This document shows, one piece after another, positions 12,340 to 24,885 of a DNA stretch of 64,000 nt (the first letter of the stretch is position 1; every line of letters starts with the position of its first letter). The notes under the pieces are model-generated. The model did no database searches, was not told where the DNA came from, and saw only the letters and a program-made list of their open reading frames with translations. A program made the translations under genes and the position numbers. The DNA comes from Chiloscyllium plagiosum (Eukaryota): contig NC_057718.1 of assembly GCF_004010195.1 (NCBI RefSeq), positions 14,853,992 through 14,917,991 of the forward strand, in the 5' to 3' direction.

Positions 12340-12850
12340 TTTGACTAAGTGTGTCATCGAAGAGACCCAGCAAATTGAAGGTAGTGGAAACTGGATAGGG
12401 CAGAACTCTTTATTGATTGGGTTCATACTGAACGCCAAGAAAGTTGTTTGTTGGTTTTGGAGGCTAACCATCTGAGTCTCAGATCATCACTGTAGGAGTT
12501 CCCCAGCATGGTGTTTGAGGCTCAACTGCTTTAAGGTCAGAAGTGAGGGTGTTTACCGTTGACTGCTGAGTGATCTGTTCCATTTTTAACTTCTTAGATA
12601 CTGAGTCTTGCTGTAGTGCAGCAAGACTATAGACAACATACAGGCTTGGACTGATAAGCAGCAGGAAACACACACACACACTTAAAAGTGCAGAATGCAA
12701 CAACTCTAACGAAAGAGAATCTGCCCATCCCATCTTGACATTCAATGGCATTACCATCAGTGAATTCACCGGCATCAACATCCTGGGGGGTTATAATTAA
12801 TCAGAACTATAATTGGATGAGCTACATAGATATCCTGGCTACAAGACAAC
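12340..12850 (+). mobile_element. Degenerate LINE RT fragments (family X, partner of SINE family B)
   Basis: GGAGTTCCCCAG (GVPQ), TTCAATGGCATTACCATC...CATCAACATCCTGGGG; overlaps in content with the start of the 19160 element. Confidence 0.65.
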
Positions 12851-13328
12851 AATTTCAATCTCCTCACCATTACCTGGTACAACTTGGTGTCAGATCAGAA
12901 ATTACTCTGTATCGTGTGTGAACACTGACTGAAGAGGACCAAGTACAGGTGTCAACTCAAAAAGTCATGAAACAGAAACTACACACTCAAGGATAAATGC
13001 AGATGAGAAAAGTACTTGGAGTATTTCCTCTTAGCCCTGCAATTTGTTTTCTCTTCAGCTAATGATCTGACTCTCTTTCGAAAGCCACAACCATATCTGC
13101 CTCCAGCACACTCTTAGAACCTGTGTTCCAGACCCTAGCCTGTTGCAGGATAAAACAGCTTTCCCTCATGTCACCTCTGCCGATCAGCTTAAATTGACAT
13201 CCTCAAGTTCTCGACCTTTCCACCATTGGAAACAGTTTCTGCCCTCAAAATTTTTAATGATTCTAACAAATCTCCTCCCAATCTTATTTTCTCTTTTTCA
13301 ATAGTCAAAGGTTTATAGAATAACTTAC

Positions 13329-13377
13329 CTCAAATGGGACAGTTGCTGAGATTCCATTTCATCTCTTTCATATTCGA
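13329..13377 (-). CDS. Candidate small exon of an unidentified gene (EYERDEMESQQLSHL)
   Basis: Strong acceptor ATTTCTTTCACAG and donor GAG|GTAAGT; 49 nt; only one frame is open (phase 1 to 2). Confidence 0.4.
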
Positions 13378-14149
13378 CTGTGAAAGAAATGACTAGATTA
13401 TGAAAACATTTTGTTGTCCGGCGGGGGGGGGGGGGGGGGGGGTTCCTATTAAGAGTCTTCTGCTGAACGGACATCAAACGCTCCATCTACTCAAACCATA
13501 GATAACAATTTTAACACGAATAAACCTGGTGTTCACACATTTTAATATGCCAGAAAGCACTTTGTCATATTTCTATTAAGTGCCTAATTAAATTTCCACA
13601 TCTCAATATCTGAAATGCAATTAAGCACAGTCACAATTTTCTAGAGGCTTTACTTGTGACTTTAACGCAAGATCCACTGTAATCCTCTGCAACACCATTT
13701 AAGGGCAGAAATCTGCAATTTCTGTTTCACTATACATTTTACATTGTTTCACTATAAATGATTGACAAAATGCTAAAATCTCCAAGGACTTTTCATAAAT
13801 CCCCCTTGTTTTCATTTTTATCCCCTAGCTCACCTCCCCCTCACCCCACCTCCACTCCCTCCATGCTGATAATTACTGCACAGTATGCTTTGGGATGGAT
13901 CCCTCTGCTTCATGGATCACTGGTTATTGATGCCGAAATCTTACATAGTTGTAAAATTTCTCAAGACATGGTTTTCATCATGAGGATTTAGTCACATGTC
14001 TTGGCTACAATTTCTAGTGCGCGTCTGAAGGATGTCATGTTATGCAGTGAAGCATGTGAGGCCCTGAACTAATATCGCTCTGCCTATCCAGACAGACAGG
14101 CAGGAGGCTTACAATGGAGAAACTGAGCAAATACTTTTAACTTTCCTGT

Positions 14150-14795
14150 CATAGAGTCATAGAGATGTACAGCATGGAAACAGACCCTTTGCTCTAACGT
14201 GTCCATGCCAACCAAATATCCTAAATTAATCTAGTCCCATTTGCCAGCATTTAGAGCATATCGGTCTAAACCCTTCCTATTCATATACGCATTCAGATGT
14301 CTTTTAAATGTTCTAATTGTACCAGCCTCCACTAACTCCTCTGGCAACTCATTCCACACACATTGCACCTTCTGCGTGAAAATGTTGCTCCTAATAGGTC
14401 CCTTTTAGTCTTCCCCCTCTCACATTAAACTTATGCCCTCCAGTTTTGGACTCCACCCTTGGAAAAAGACCTTGACTATTCACCTTATCCATGCCCCTCA
14501 TGATTTTATAAAGGCCTTTGATGTCAGGGAAATCAGCCCCAGCCTATTCAGCCTTGCCCTACAGCTCAAACTGTCAGACCCTGGCAACATCCTTGTCAAT
14601 CTTTCCTGAACCTTTTCAAATTTCAAAACATTCTTCCAATAGGAGGGAGACCAGAGTTGAACGCAGTATTCCAAAAGCAGTGGCCTAACCAGTGTCCTAT
14701 AAAGCACCAACGTGACATCCTGACTCCTATACTCAATGCACTGACCAATGAAGGTAAGTGTACCAAATACCTTCTTCACCACCCTATCTTGTTTC
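14150..14795 (-). mobile_element. CR1 LINE, 5'-truncated
   Basis: ORF 14498-14833 gives ...[20 protein letters not shown]; tail TCATAGAGTCATAGAG at 14149. Confidence 0.9.
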
Positions 14796-14914
14796 AAGAC
14801 TTCCCCACATTTTGATAACATGGCGGCACGCATGATTTGGCAGTTGTGCTGCTATATTATTAACTACGGCCTGTTGTAACTTCAGAAATCTTCCTGCCCA
14901 CTCCCTTTCCCAGT

Positions 14915-15235
14915 GTTAATCCAGAGACCCAGATAATATTCTGGGAACCTAAGTTCAAATTCTGCCATGGTAGGTGGTGGAATTTAAATTTTATTTAAAA
15001 TCTGGAATTAAGATTCTAATGATGACCACAAATCCATTGTTGATTGTCAGGAAAACCCCGACTCGATCACTAATGCCCTTTAGGGAAGGAAACTGTCATC
15101 CTTACCTGGACTGGTCTACATGTGATTCCAGTCCCACAGCAACGTGGTTGACTCTTAACTGTCCTCTGGGCAATTAGTGATGGGCAATAAATGCCGGTCT
15201 AGCCAGCGACACCCACATCCCATGATTGAATTTAA
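14915..15235 (+). mobile_element. tRNA-derived SINE (family B)
   Basis: Well-preserved copy: TAATCCAGAGACCCAG...GGGCAATAAATGCC...CCCACATCCCATGA. Confidence 0.85.
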
Positions 15236-15319
15236 ATGAAAGTATGCACTTATCTTCCCTTCTAGTAAGCAAGCCCTGAATTTCTACAGCACCCTTCACA
15301 ATCACTCGATGATGTACAG

Positions 15320-15650
15320 CATTTTACCACCAATGGTTACAGTGCTGTAATTGATGCAGTGTTGGAAACACGGTAGCTAATGTGATCACGACTGAATAAT
15401 CTGTCTCTTTGTGGGATAAATTGACTGTGGGATAAATATTGGCTGGGAGACTGGGGATAACTCCTCCACTCTTCAACAAAATTGCACCATGGGTCCTCAG
15501 TCTGACACCTTGAACAGTGCAGCCTTTCCTCTGTGCTACAGCAGTGTGTGCCAGTTTGGACTACTGTGATGAAGCCTGGAGCACGAATTGAAGGCTGAAT
15601 TTCAGAAGCAAAGGTGATATGAGCGAATAGCAAATGAGCCACAACAGACA
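15320..15650 (-). mobile_element. DeuSINE-like SINE
   Basis: Minus strand Deu-domain-like GGAGTTATCCCCAGTCTCCCAGCCAATATTTATCCC. Confidence 0.65.
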
Positions 15651-16774
15651 TGAGCCAAACCAAATCAAAGAAGGGAATCAGACAAGTTTATACCAATGCT
15701 GGTTGTATTATTGCTGCTAAGAAGAGCAGTGCAAGTTTAACTAACAATTAAGTATGCTTTTCCTCAGGATATTCCAGCTCAATGTGGTTTGGAATACTCT
15801 GCATAGATTTAGGGGTCCCGCTTTAAGAAGAATGAGCTTGGGGATAATCTAGTTCATCAGCACAATCCCAGAAAGGAGTTAGCTGTGATGAAAGAACATC
15901 ATGTATCCTGGAGATGAGGATGACCTGACCTAAACCAGTAAAAGAAACTGGTTTCAGCAGCAGAAATAACTCTCTCACAATTATCTGTAATCTTAAGACA
16001 CTAAGCAAATTGGTGAAAATAGACCAGGAACTAGATTTGTTCACATCTCAGAATGTGACTGCACTGCTCCAGATCGAAATTGTAAAAGCTGACAGCCTTA
16101 ATTTCAGAGCAAGGGGTAGTTACTTGAGTTTGGTTCAAAATACAATCACACACAGCTCCTGCACATTGCTACACACTCCAATATCAGGGAGTCACAAAGT
16201 GCCACTGGAGTGTAATTGCCAACCCCTTTTCTGCCTCTGGAGGCACTATTTCCAGTGTTCTCCACACAAGCCAGGTGCAATATTTAACAACTACTATCAG
16301 CTAGTCTGACAAATTTTATCAATGTCCCATGTTCTGTGACTGTGCCGAGCTAACTTGGCACCAAATGGAGCAGACAATCAATCACTTCATCCACAAAGGA
16401 TGGGGCAAAGGCAGCTACTTAGAGTTCCAAACAGGGTACTTCCCTTGTTCATCTCCGACAACATGTGCAAGATAGTTGGCATAGTGACATGCGAACAGGT
16501 TGTACTAACAGGTTTCGAAAGACACACGGTTGGGTTCTTTACCAAGTCTGTCCTTATGTTTCCTCAGGAACCCATCAACTTGTTGACAGATGCCAGACCC
16601 CAGACCTAAGCCAGAATCCCCTGTACGGTCCACAGCCGAAGCACTGAACTCATTGACCCTTATCCAGAACTCTGCATCCTGGATAACTTCCATTGTTTTG
16701 ATGGTACTTGAATCCTCCGACCACCAATTGGCCCCAATCCTTGACTATCATTCCCTTTGACCACAAATCCTTGC

Positions 16775-17470
16775 GTATGAATCACAAAATGTCAGTTTGC
16801 AGGTCCAATAGGTAATTAAGAAGGCAAATGGAATATTGTCCTTCATTGCTAGAGGGATGGAGTTTAAAAATAAGGAGGTTATGCTACAGCTGTATAGGTT
16901 GCTGGTGAGGCCGCACTTGGAGTATTGTGTACAGTTTTGGTCTCCTTACTTGAGAAAGAACGTACTCACTCTGGAGAGGGTGCAGAGGAAGTTCACTAGG
17001 TTGATTCCAAAGTTGAGAGGGTTACCTTATGAGGAGAGATTGAGTAGACTTGGGACTACACTCATTGGAATTTAGAAAGATTAGGGGAGATTGAATAGAA
17101 ACAAATAAAATTATGAAGGGAATAGATAGGATAGAAGCAGGGAAGTTGTTCCCACTGGCAGGTGAAACTAGAACTAGCGGGGGGGGGCATAGCCTCAGAA
17201 TAAAGGGGGAGCAGATTTAGGACTGAGTTGAAGAGGAAGCTTCTTCACCCAAAGGGTTGTGAATCTGAGCTATTCCCTGCCCAGTGAAGTAGTTGAAGCT
17301 ACCTCGCTGAATGTTTTAAAGGCAAAGATAGATTTTTGAGCAGTAAAGGAATGAAGGGTTATGGTGAGTGAGTGATTAAGTGGAACTGAGTCCACAAAAA
17401 GATCAGCCATGATCTTATTGAATGGCGGAGCAGGCTCGACGATGGCCTACTCCTGCTCCTTTGTTCTTAT
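16775..17470 (+). mobile_element. CR1 LINE, 5'-truncated
   Basis: [39 protein letters not shown]; tail GATCAGCCATGATCTTATTGAATGGCGGAGCAGGCTCG. Confidence 0.92.
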
Positions 17471-19159
17471 TTCTAAGTTATGGTTTCAAAGAGCCATTGT
17501 TTGGGACTTTTGAAACAAAACCCTTCCTGGGAATAACATTCCACTTCATGCACACAATGGATGCCATTCCAAACCAGAATGTCTCTGCCTCCCTCTCCAT
17601 CTCATTCCCCAATCCATTAGAGAATTTTGTTCTTCCTCTATTCATTCACAGGAGCATCACTGGGAAGGACTGTATTTGTCTGTAACTGCACTTGAACCAA
17701 GCAGCTTGCTCAGCCCTTACTGAGGGCAGTGTGGGCCTGAAGTCACATGTCAGCCAGACCAGGTAAGGACAGCAGAGTTCCGCCCTTAAACTTTCTCCCA
17801 GCCCCCGATATTGTGGAACAAAATTCTGATGACAATAGCTGATTAAAGGTTACTTGGCCTCTTTAAAACTCTCCGGGAGAGCATATTTAAGGTTTGAAAA
17901 AGTGAATGAGGAGAAGCTGTTTCTCTGGAGAGGAAACAATATCTGGTAATCACAGTCACCTAAGCTGATTGCCCAAGTTGAACGTTACTTGTTTGCTGTG
18001 AATATGAATATCATTGTTGCTTTGTGTGAGTGGAACATAAAGACCAGCATAAAGACCTTCAGTCCAAATGATTTGTTTCTGTATTGTACCCACTTTGTAA
18101 TAGTTCATACATTAAAAAACTTTAACAGACAACTGGGTGGCAACAGACAACGTACCAATTTGTTTCTTAAACAGGTATCCCAGCACCGAATAGATAAAAG
18201 ATATTTTCAGAAAGCGGAGCTCTATCACTGCGTCTTAATATAAGCAGACCCGTGTATGCGGGTGGGGTGGTGTAGGCCTATTTTCTCCTCATTGTGTTTC
18301 AAAGTGAAACACGGTTGCAGATTTGTTCCGAGTATAATGTCAAACTGAATACAATTTTGTGTGACATTAATCCTCTCACATCTGGCATGTACAGAGCTAG
18401 CCATCCATCACTGATCGGTGTCTCTTCAATTAGGCAACACTCTGCCATTTCACTGTCAAGTACAGTTAAATCGTTTTGCCCAAGAATAAATCCCAAATCT
18501 TCAAACTGCTTGTTAATTAGACACAAACCCACCTCCCCCACAATCAGTTCCTCAACCTGCTGAGTGAATATGCCTCAGCCTTAAACTCCTTCAGTACAAT
18601 CTTCAGTCACTGCAATGGTGGCAACAGGCACATTAACTCTGACCTGGTTCCCACAATCGCACTGTAAATTAGTGTCAACGGTCTGCAAAGAATTTTTATC
18701 GGATTGACGTTTGATTCTCCACTCTCTCATTAGTTGGCCTCTTCGTTGTCTGCCTGCACTTACAGTATCCCTAGGAGTTGCAAAGAAGCAGATAATTAGT
18801 CTGTAAAACTTTGCCAAAATTCAGAAGGTGCTTTTATTATCCGGCAGTCAATAATTAAGTCTTCTGCTTGGGTTATTGTGAGTACATCAGGGAGACATCA
18901 GCTCTGGTCAACGCTGGACTTCATACACGAAAAGAATCGCTTTGGAACAGCAGGCACTGAATTCATAGAATCAAATGTTGTATGACAGGCGGAGATAATT
19001 CAGCCCATCAAGTCTGTGCCATCTCTTTGAAAAGGCCATTCGATTAAGTTACTTCCCAATACCATTGTAACTTTTTCCCTTTGAAAGTCAGCAGTGAATG
19101 TGGTCCCATCGCCCTTTCAGTCAGTCCAAAACAGAACTCAAAATAAACTATATTTATAA

Positions 19160-19795
19160 ACTCAACTGGACTCAGCACATAAAGACAGTGGCTACAAGAG
19201 TAGGTTAGAAGCCAGGAATACTATGGCGAGTAACTCACCTCCTGACTCCCCAAAGCCTGAGCACCATCTTCAAAACACAAGTCAGGAGTAGGATGGAATA
19301 CTCCCACTTGCCTGGATTGCTGCAGATCTAACAACACCCAAGAAGCTTGACAACAACCAAGATAAAGCAGCCTGCTTGATTGCCACCACATCCACAGCAT
19401 CTACTCTCTCCAACACTGATGCTCAGTAGCAGCAGTGTGTACTATCTCCAAGATGCATTGCAGAAATTCACAAAAGACCCTTGACAGCACCTTCGAAACC
19501 CATGACCAATTCCATCAAGAAGGACAAGGAAAGCAGGTACTTGGGAAGACCACCACATGCAAGTTCCTCTCCAAGGCACTCATCATACTGACTTGGAAAG
19601 GTACTGCCATTTGCAGTGACACTGGGTCAAAATCCTAATACTGTCTCTTTCACAACATTGTGGGCAAATGTACAGCACATGTCTGCAATGGTTCAAGAAA
19701 GCAGCTCACCATCACCTTCTCAAGGGCAACTAGGTACAGGCAATAAATGCTGGCCCAGCCAATGGCAGCCACATCCCATGAGTGTATAATAAAAG
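19160..19795 (+). mobile_element. LINE 3' end (family X, CR1/L2 group)
   Basis: HLLTPQSLSTIFKTQVRSRMEYS...KKLDNNQDKAA; 3' tail is of the same type as the SINE family B tail. Confidence 0.8.
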
Positions 19796-20139
19796 AAAAC
19801 AGCACTTTTAACATGGAAATCCAAAGGAGCATCATAGATACATTAAAAAACAAAATATGACACCAAGCATGACACATAAGGAGATATTAGGTCAGGAGAT
19901 CAAAAACGTAGACAAAAAGGCAGCCATTAAGAAGTATATAAATGGCGAAAGTTTAAATTCGAGAGATACACGGAGGGAAATCCAGACCAGAGGTCTGAAA
20001 CAACTGAAGGCGCAACCTCTGGATTCTCAGAGATTTCCTTCAACTAATTATTGGTGAGACTGAAGTTTGATTTGATTTGATTTGATTTGATTACTTACAG
20101 TGTGGAAACAGGCCCTTCGGCCCAACAAGTCCACACCGA

Positions 20140-20250
20140 NNNNNNNNNNNNNNNNNNNNNNNNNNNNNNNNNNNNNNNNNNNNNNNNNNNNNNNNNNNNN
20201 NNNNNNNNNNNNNNNNNNNNNNNNNNNNNNNNNNNNNNNNNNNNNNNNNN
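20140..20250. other. Assembly gap (111 N) inside a young SINE-like element
   Basis: N run flanked by (TTTGA)n plus ACAGGCCCTTCGGCCC and by CCACCGTGCCGCCC (minus-strand SINE head). Confidence 0.9.
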
Positions 20251-20329
20251 TGTGCCACCGTGCCGCCCACAAGTTATTGTTTTCAGTCCTTGATCCAAGT
20301 TCTGTTCCCTAATAACTGATTCCATCCAT

Positions 20330-20680
20330 CGCCCTGGCAACAGTTTGATACTAAACCCATCTGACTGCAATCTCGTTGCAATGTGTGACATTGAGGATGA
20401 GCTTGCAATTTCCTATTTACACCGTCACTCCAAAGGTCTGTTTCCACTTCCACTTCAAAGCCCATCTCAGCATATCTGCTGTGGCAGCCCTCATTGATGC
20501 CTTGGTCAGCTGTAAAATCGACAATGCCAACACACTCCCGGCTAGTTTCCATATTCTGAAATTTCAAGGTCATCCAAAAGTCTGTGTGCGTGTCTTAACA
20601 CGCACCAAGTCCTGTCCTCTCAGCACCCCTTGTGCTCTCTGATCCACGACGGCTCCTGGTCAAGTAATGGCTAGATGTTG
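20330..20680 (+). mobile_element. L2 LINE remnant
   Basis: ALIDALVSCKIDNANTL...VRVLTRTK resembles the L2 motif LIHAFVTSRLDYSNAL...ARVLTRTK. Confidence 0.7.
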
Positions 20681-20814
20681 AAGCTATACATTACGTTTGA
20701 AGGAACAGAACAGGAGCACACTCCTTCAAAACCTTCCCTCTTCCCCACTTACTCCAATGCTTGCTTTATAATCTGTATAATCTTTTTGCAAACTGGTTAA
20801 GAACCATAGACAAA

Positions 20815-21700
20815 AGTACGGAAAGAAACGCGGATGCTAGAAATCTGAAACAAAAAGCAAACATTGTTAGAAAATTTCAGCAGGTCTGGCAGCATCTGAG
20901 GAGGGAAATCAGAGTTAACATTTTGGATACAGTGAGCTTTATTCATAACTGATGGTAGCTAGGAAAAGGACCTATACAGAAGATGGGTGGGGGGAGGTGG
21001 AAGAGTAAATGTTAGGTATCTGAGCCCAAAGAGAGAGAAAAACAAAGACAAGAGAGTGAGTAAAGGTCAGTCTGAGGGAATGAATGGCTGCTACTGGGGG
21101 CAATAGTGACAGAGAATGGGTAGTGTATGATAGCAGAGGGGCTTTTGCCTGAAACGTCAATTTTACTGCTCCTCGGATGCTGCCTGAACTGCTGTGTTTT
21201 TCCAGCACCACTCTAATCTAGACTCTGGTTACCAGCATCTGCAGTCATTGTTTTTACCTAGTGTATGGTAGCAGCCTGTGTGATGACAAGGCCTGGTGTG
21301 TGTGGAAAGCAAGGGGGAAAATGCTCAAACCCTAGAATTGTTATATTCAGTATTAAATCCAGAAGGCTGTACATACTCCATGTGGAAAGTGAGGTGCTGT
21401 TCTTCCAGTGTGCAGTGAGCTTTGCTGGAGCACTGCAGCAAACCCGAGACAGAGATGTATTCATCCCCCTAGACTGATCTTTAACCATGCCTTTGATTGT
21501 CCAACTGTTTTTCTCTCTCTTTGGGTTCTATCTCCACTTATCATTCACTCTTCCCCCACCCCACCTTCTTTATAAAAGCTATCCTTTTCCTAGCTATCAT
21601 CAATTCTGAAGAAGTGTCACTGGACCCAAAACATTAACTCTGCTTTCTGTCCACAGATGCTGCCAGACCTGATGAGATTTTCCAGCAATTTCTGTTTTTG
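20815..21700. mobile_element. Old Penelope-like element with inverted terminal regions and a GIY-YIG remnant
   Basis: Roughly 20855-21050 is inverted relative to 21505-21700; minus strand 21331-21456 encodes ISVSGLLQCSSKAHCTLEEQHLTFHMEYVQPSGFNTEYNN. Confidence 0.85.
21137..21258 (+). mobile_element. Younger Penelope-like terminal fragment nested in the older PLE
   Basis: 16-bp TSD TAGTGTATG(A/G)TAGCAG at 21121-21136 and 21259-21274. Confidence 0.85.
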
Positions 21701-22609
21701 GTAATAACCATCTCTATTTTTGACAGCAGATGAACGCTCTATGGTTAATGTAACATAGGCAACTATTTTTAATTAATTATTTCACAAGATGAGGGTGTTG
21801 CTGATAATGCCAGCATTTACTGATGATATGAGAACAAACTTCTTAAAACAGAGAGAAAAAATTGAAAAATGCAAGTGACAGGAAAATTGAAAGTGTTTGG
21901 AAACTGGGGGGTCGGGGGGGGGGGGTCATAGTGTTGAGTTAAAAATGAATTGAGCATTAGAATAGGATTTCTATTTAGAGAAAGATTAGCTTTTTTTCCA
22001 ATATTGCTTTCCACACTGTATTAAGAACAGCAATACTAATGATTAAAGGGATGCTGCTGAGGTGAAAGGGAAAATTCGGAACTAGTCTATTTATCACAGC
22101 AGGCAGCTTCAATACAATCCCTCGGTGTTACTCTGTATTCAGACACCAATATCTGTGTGCGTGCTCACACCCATGAAAGGAGTAACAGTCCTACTTCATT
22201 CTAAGATGACATTTTCCTGTTGTTTAATAAAGTTCCTTTTGGTGAAAGTGTAGGTTCTCAGCATGCCGTTAATCTACAAGGAAGTCCATTGGGATGTTGC
22301 TTGAATTCAAAGCCACACAGAGGCCACATCAAGCAAATGCATCACACTGTGCCACTGCAGCACAGAATTCCCAAGTCCTTTCATTACAGTCCCACCATCA
22401 GCTAGAAGCTTATGAATTACAATGAACTAGGACTGAGGAGGCAAATGAGTTCAAAAATAAAGACATTCTGCAGATAATACATAGCGTTTTCAAATTCTAC
22501 ATCATTAATAACTTTCTTAATTCACTGATAAATGATGTGCAATGTTGAAACCGTATTCTCACTCTCTCTTCTCCAGCCTCCAAGGAACAGAAAGCTGTTC
22601 AGCACACAA

Positions 22610-23060
22610 AACATACAAACTAGGAGGAACAGGCCATTCAGCCCCTTGAGTTCTGCCATTCGGTAAGATCACAGCTGACCTGATTATGGCCTCAACTCCA
22701 CTTTCCTGCCTATGCCTGACAGCCTTTGACTCCCAGTCAATGAAGAATCTATCGCAGCCTTAAAAATATTCAATGACCCAGCTTCTACTGCTTCCTGCGG
22801 AGGAGAATTCCACAAAATGATACCCCACAGGGAAACAAAAAAATCATTGCTGTCTTAAATATGAGACTCGTTACATTTGAACAGGTGAGAAAATGGCATT
22901 GAGGATTATCAAATCAGCCATGATCTCGTTGAATGGGAACAGAATCCTTGAGCCAAATGGCTGACTACAGCTCCTACATTTTCTAAAGCCTCCTGGTTCG
23001 AGTCTCTCCCACAATGAGAAAGAACCTTGCAGCGTCCACTTATTGAGTCCCCTCAGGATC
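22610..23060 (-). mobile_element. CR1 3' fragment
   Basis: ACAGGCCATTCAGCCCCTTGAG...GAATTCCAC...CCCTCAGGATCTTA. Confidence 0.75.
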
Positions 23061-23084
23061 TTACACGAGTGAAAGCTAAGCAAG

Positions 23085-23995
23085 AATACATGTTGTGAGG
23101 AAGATGTGAAAGGTTTTCAGGAGAATTTGGACAGGCCTCCTGTTTGGGTCACAACATGCCTGAAGGAATATAATGTGGAAAAATGTGAGGTTGTCCACAT
23201 TAGTAGGAAGAGGAGATGTGCATGGTATTTAATAAATAATAAACGGTTGGAAAGTGTAGAACTTGGGTGTCCTCAACAATAAATCATTGAAGATGAACAT
23301 TCAGGTGTCACAAGCTATTAGGGTGGCCAATGGAATGTTAACGTTTATCAGAAGAGCCTTTGAGTTCAGGAATAGTGAAGCCTTGCTCCAATTGTACAGA
23401 AGCTTGGAATTGAACTTGGAGTACTGTGTGCAGTTTGGGTCTCCTTATCTCAGGAAATCTATTATTACCTGAGAGGGAGTGCAAGGAAGATTTACCAGAC
23501 TTGTTCTCAGCATGGTTAGACTGTCCCATCAGGAGGGATTGGGCCTGTGTTCTCAAGAGTCTTGAAGAATGAGAGGTGATCTCATTGAAACTTACAAAAT
23601 GCTTACAAGAATAGACATGGCAGATGCAGGTAAGATATTCCCCTTGGTTGGGGAGTCCAGAACTAGAGGGCATCATTAATAAGGGGGGGTGGCATCATTA
23701 ATAAGGAGGATGCCACCATTAATGAAGAGGAAGGCATTTTAGACAGAGACTAGAAGAATTGTTTTTATTCAGAAAGTGATGAATCTTTGGAATTCTTAAC
23801 CCTAGCGGGCTATGAAAGCTCAGTCTTTGAGTATACTTAAAGTGAATATTGATGCATTTTTGATTATCAATGGTGTACTGGGTTCTGGGAAAGGGATATG
23901 TACAAGGCACTGAAGTTTTCAAACAGCTGTGACGGTATTGAATGGGAACAGCAGGCTCTGGGGCTGAATGGCCTGCTCCTATTCCTATGACCTTA
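23085..23995 (+). mobile_element. CR1 LINE, 5'-truncated
   Basis: [41 protein letters not shown]; tail GCTGAATGGCCTGCTCCTATTCCTATG. Confidence 0.88.
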
Positions 23996-24534
23996 TGAAA
24001 AATGGTCAAAGTGAAACTGAACAACTGGCCTAAGCATTGCTGACAGGAAATTGACTATCAGTTTGTATCTAACATGAGGCACTAACACCTGGGTAGTGAA
24101 TAAAAGGTCATTGTTAAATATCCTGGTTTGACAGCAACTGTCTGATTCTCTGCTGGTTTTGGTGCCATTATCTCTCCATGCCTTCAGTGTTCCAGTAGCA
24201 CTGTCAAATACAGACACCAAATTAGATGTTAACATGCGGATCCTTGCATTTTTGTCTTGAAAATGGAAATTGAGTTATAGGCACTGTCATTGAATCGGTG
24301 ATTTCAGGAGTCATACATATGCAGTGTAAACAAGTGTATGTTAACTGTTTGGATACCAAATGATGATCAGGAGACTGTTTTGTGGAACATTCTTCAAACA
24401 CATCTCACGTTTCTGATTGCCTGTCATTTTGATTCTCCATCTTACTTGCACAATGACCACTCAGTCTTCAATCTCCCCTACCGTTCTCATATGGTTCAGC
24501 ACAATCTCACGGGACCTCATTTCTTCATTGTACT

Positions 24535-24885
24535 GATTATACAAGCTGATTGTAAAAGCTTCTATAGGTATGTGAAGAGAGAAAGATTAGCTAAAACAAA
24601 TGTAGGTCCCTTTCAGTCAGAAACAGAGGAGGTTATATTGGGAAACAGAGAGATGGCAGGCCAATTAAATACATATTTTGTTTCTGTCTTCACAAAGAAG
24701 GACAGAAATAACATTCCAAAAATGATGGGGAACACAGGGTCTAGTGAAAGGGTTGAAACGAGGGAAATCCGCATTACTAGGGAAATAGGTTTGAGGAAAT
24801 TAACTGGATTCAGAGCGAAAAATCTCCAAAGTCCAATAAGGGTAAATAAGGGCCAGAGAAATAGTGGATGTATTGGTGATCACCT
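24535..24885 (+). mobile_element. CR1 ORF2 internal fragment
   Basis: DCKSFYRYVKRERLAKTNVGP...LNTYFVSVFTK. Confidence 0.85.

Noticed and set aside
13421..13442. Poly-G run as a functional G-quadruplex (also C/CCA run at 35414-35450 giving poly-Pro)
   Set aside because: Simple low-complexity tracts with no supporting context
18299..18558. Protein-like minus-strand frame (VEELIVGEVGLCL...)
   Set aside because: Weak splice sites, no recognisable homology, and phase incompatible with the 13377 candidate
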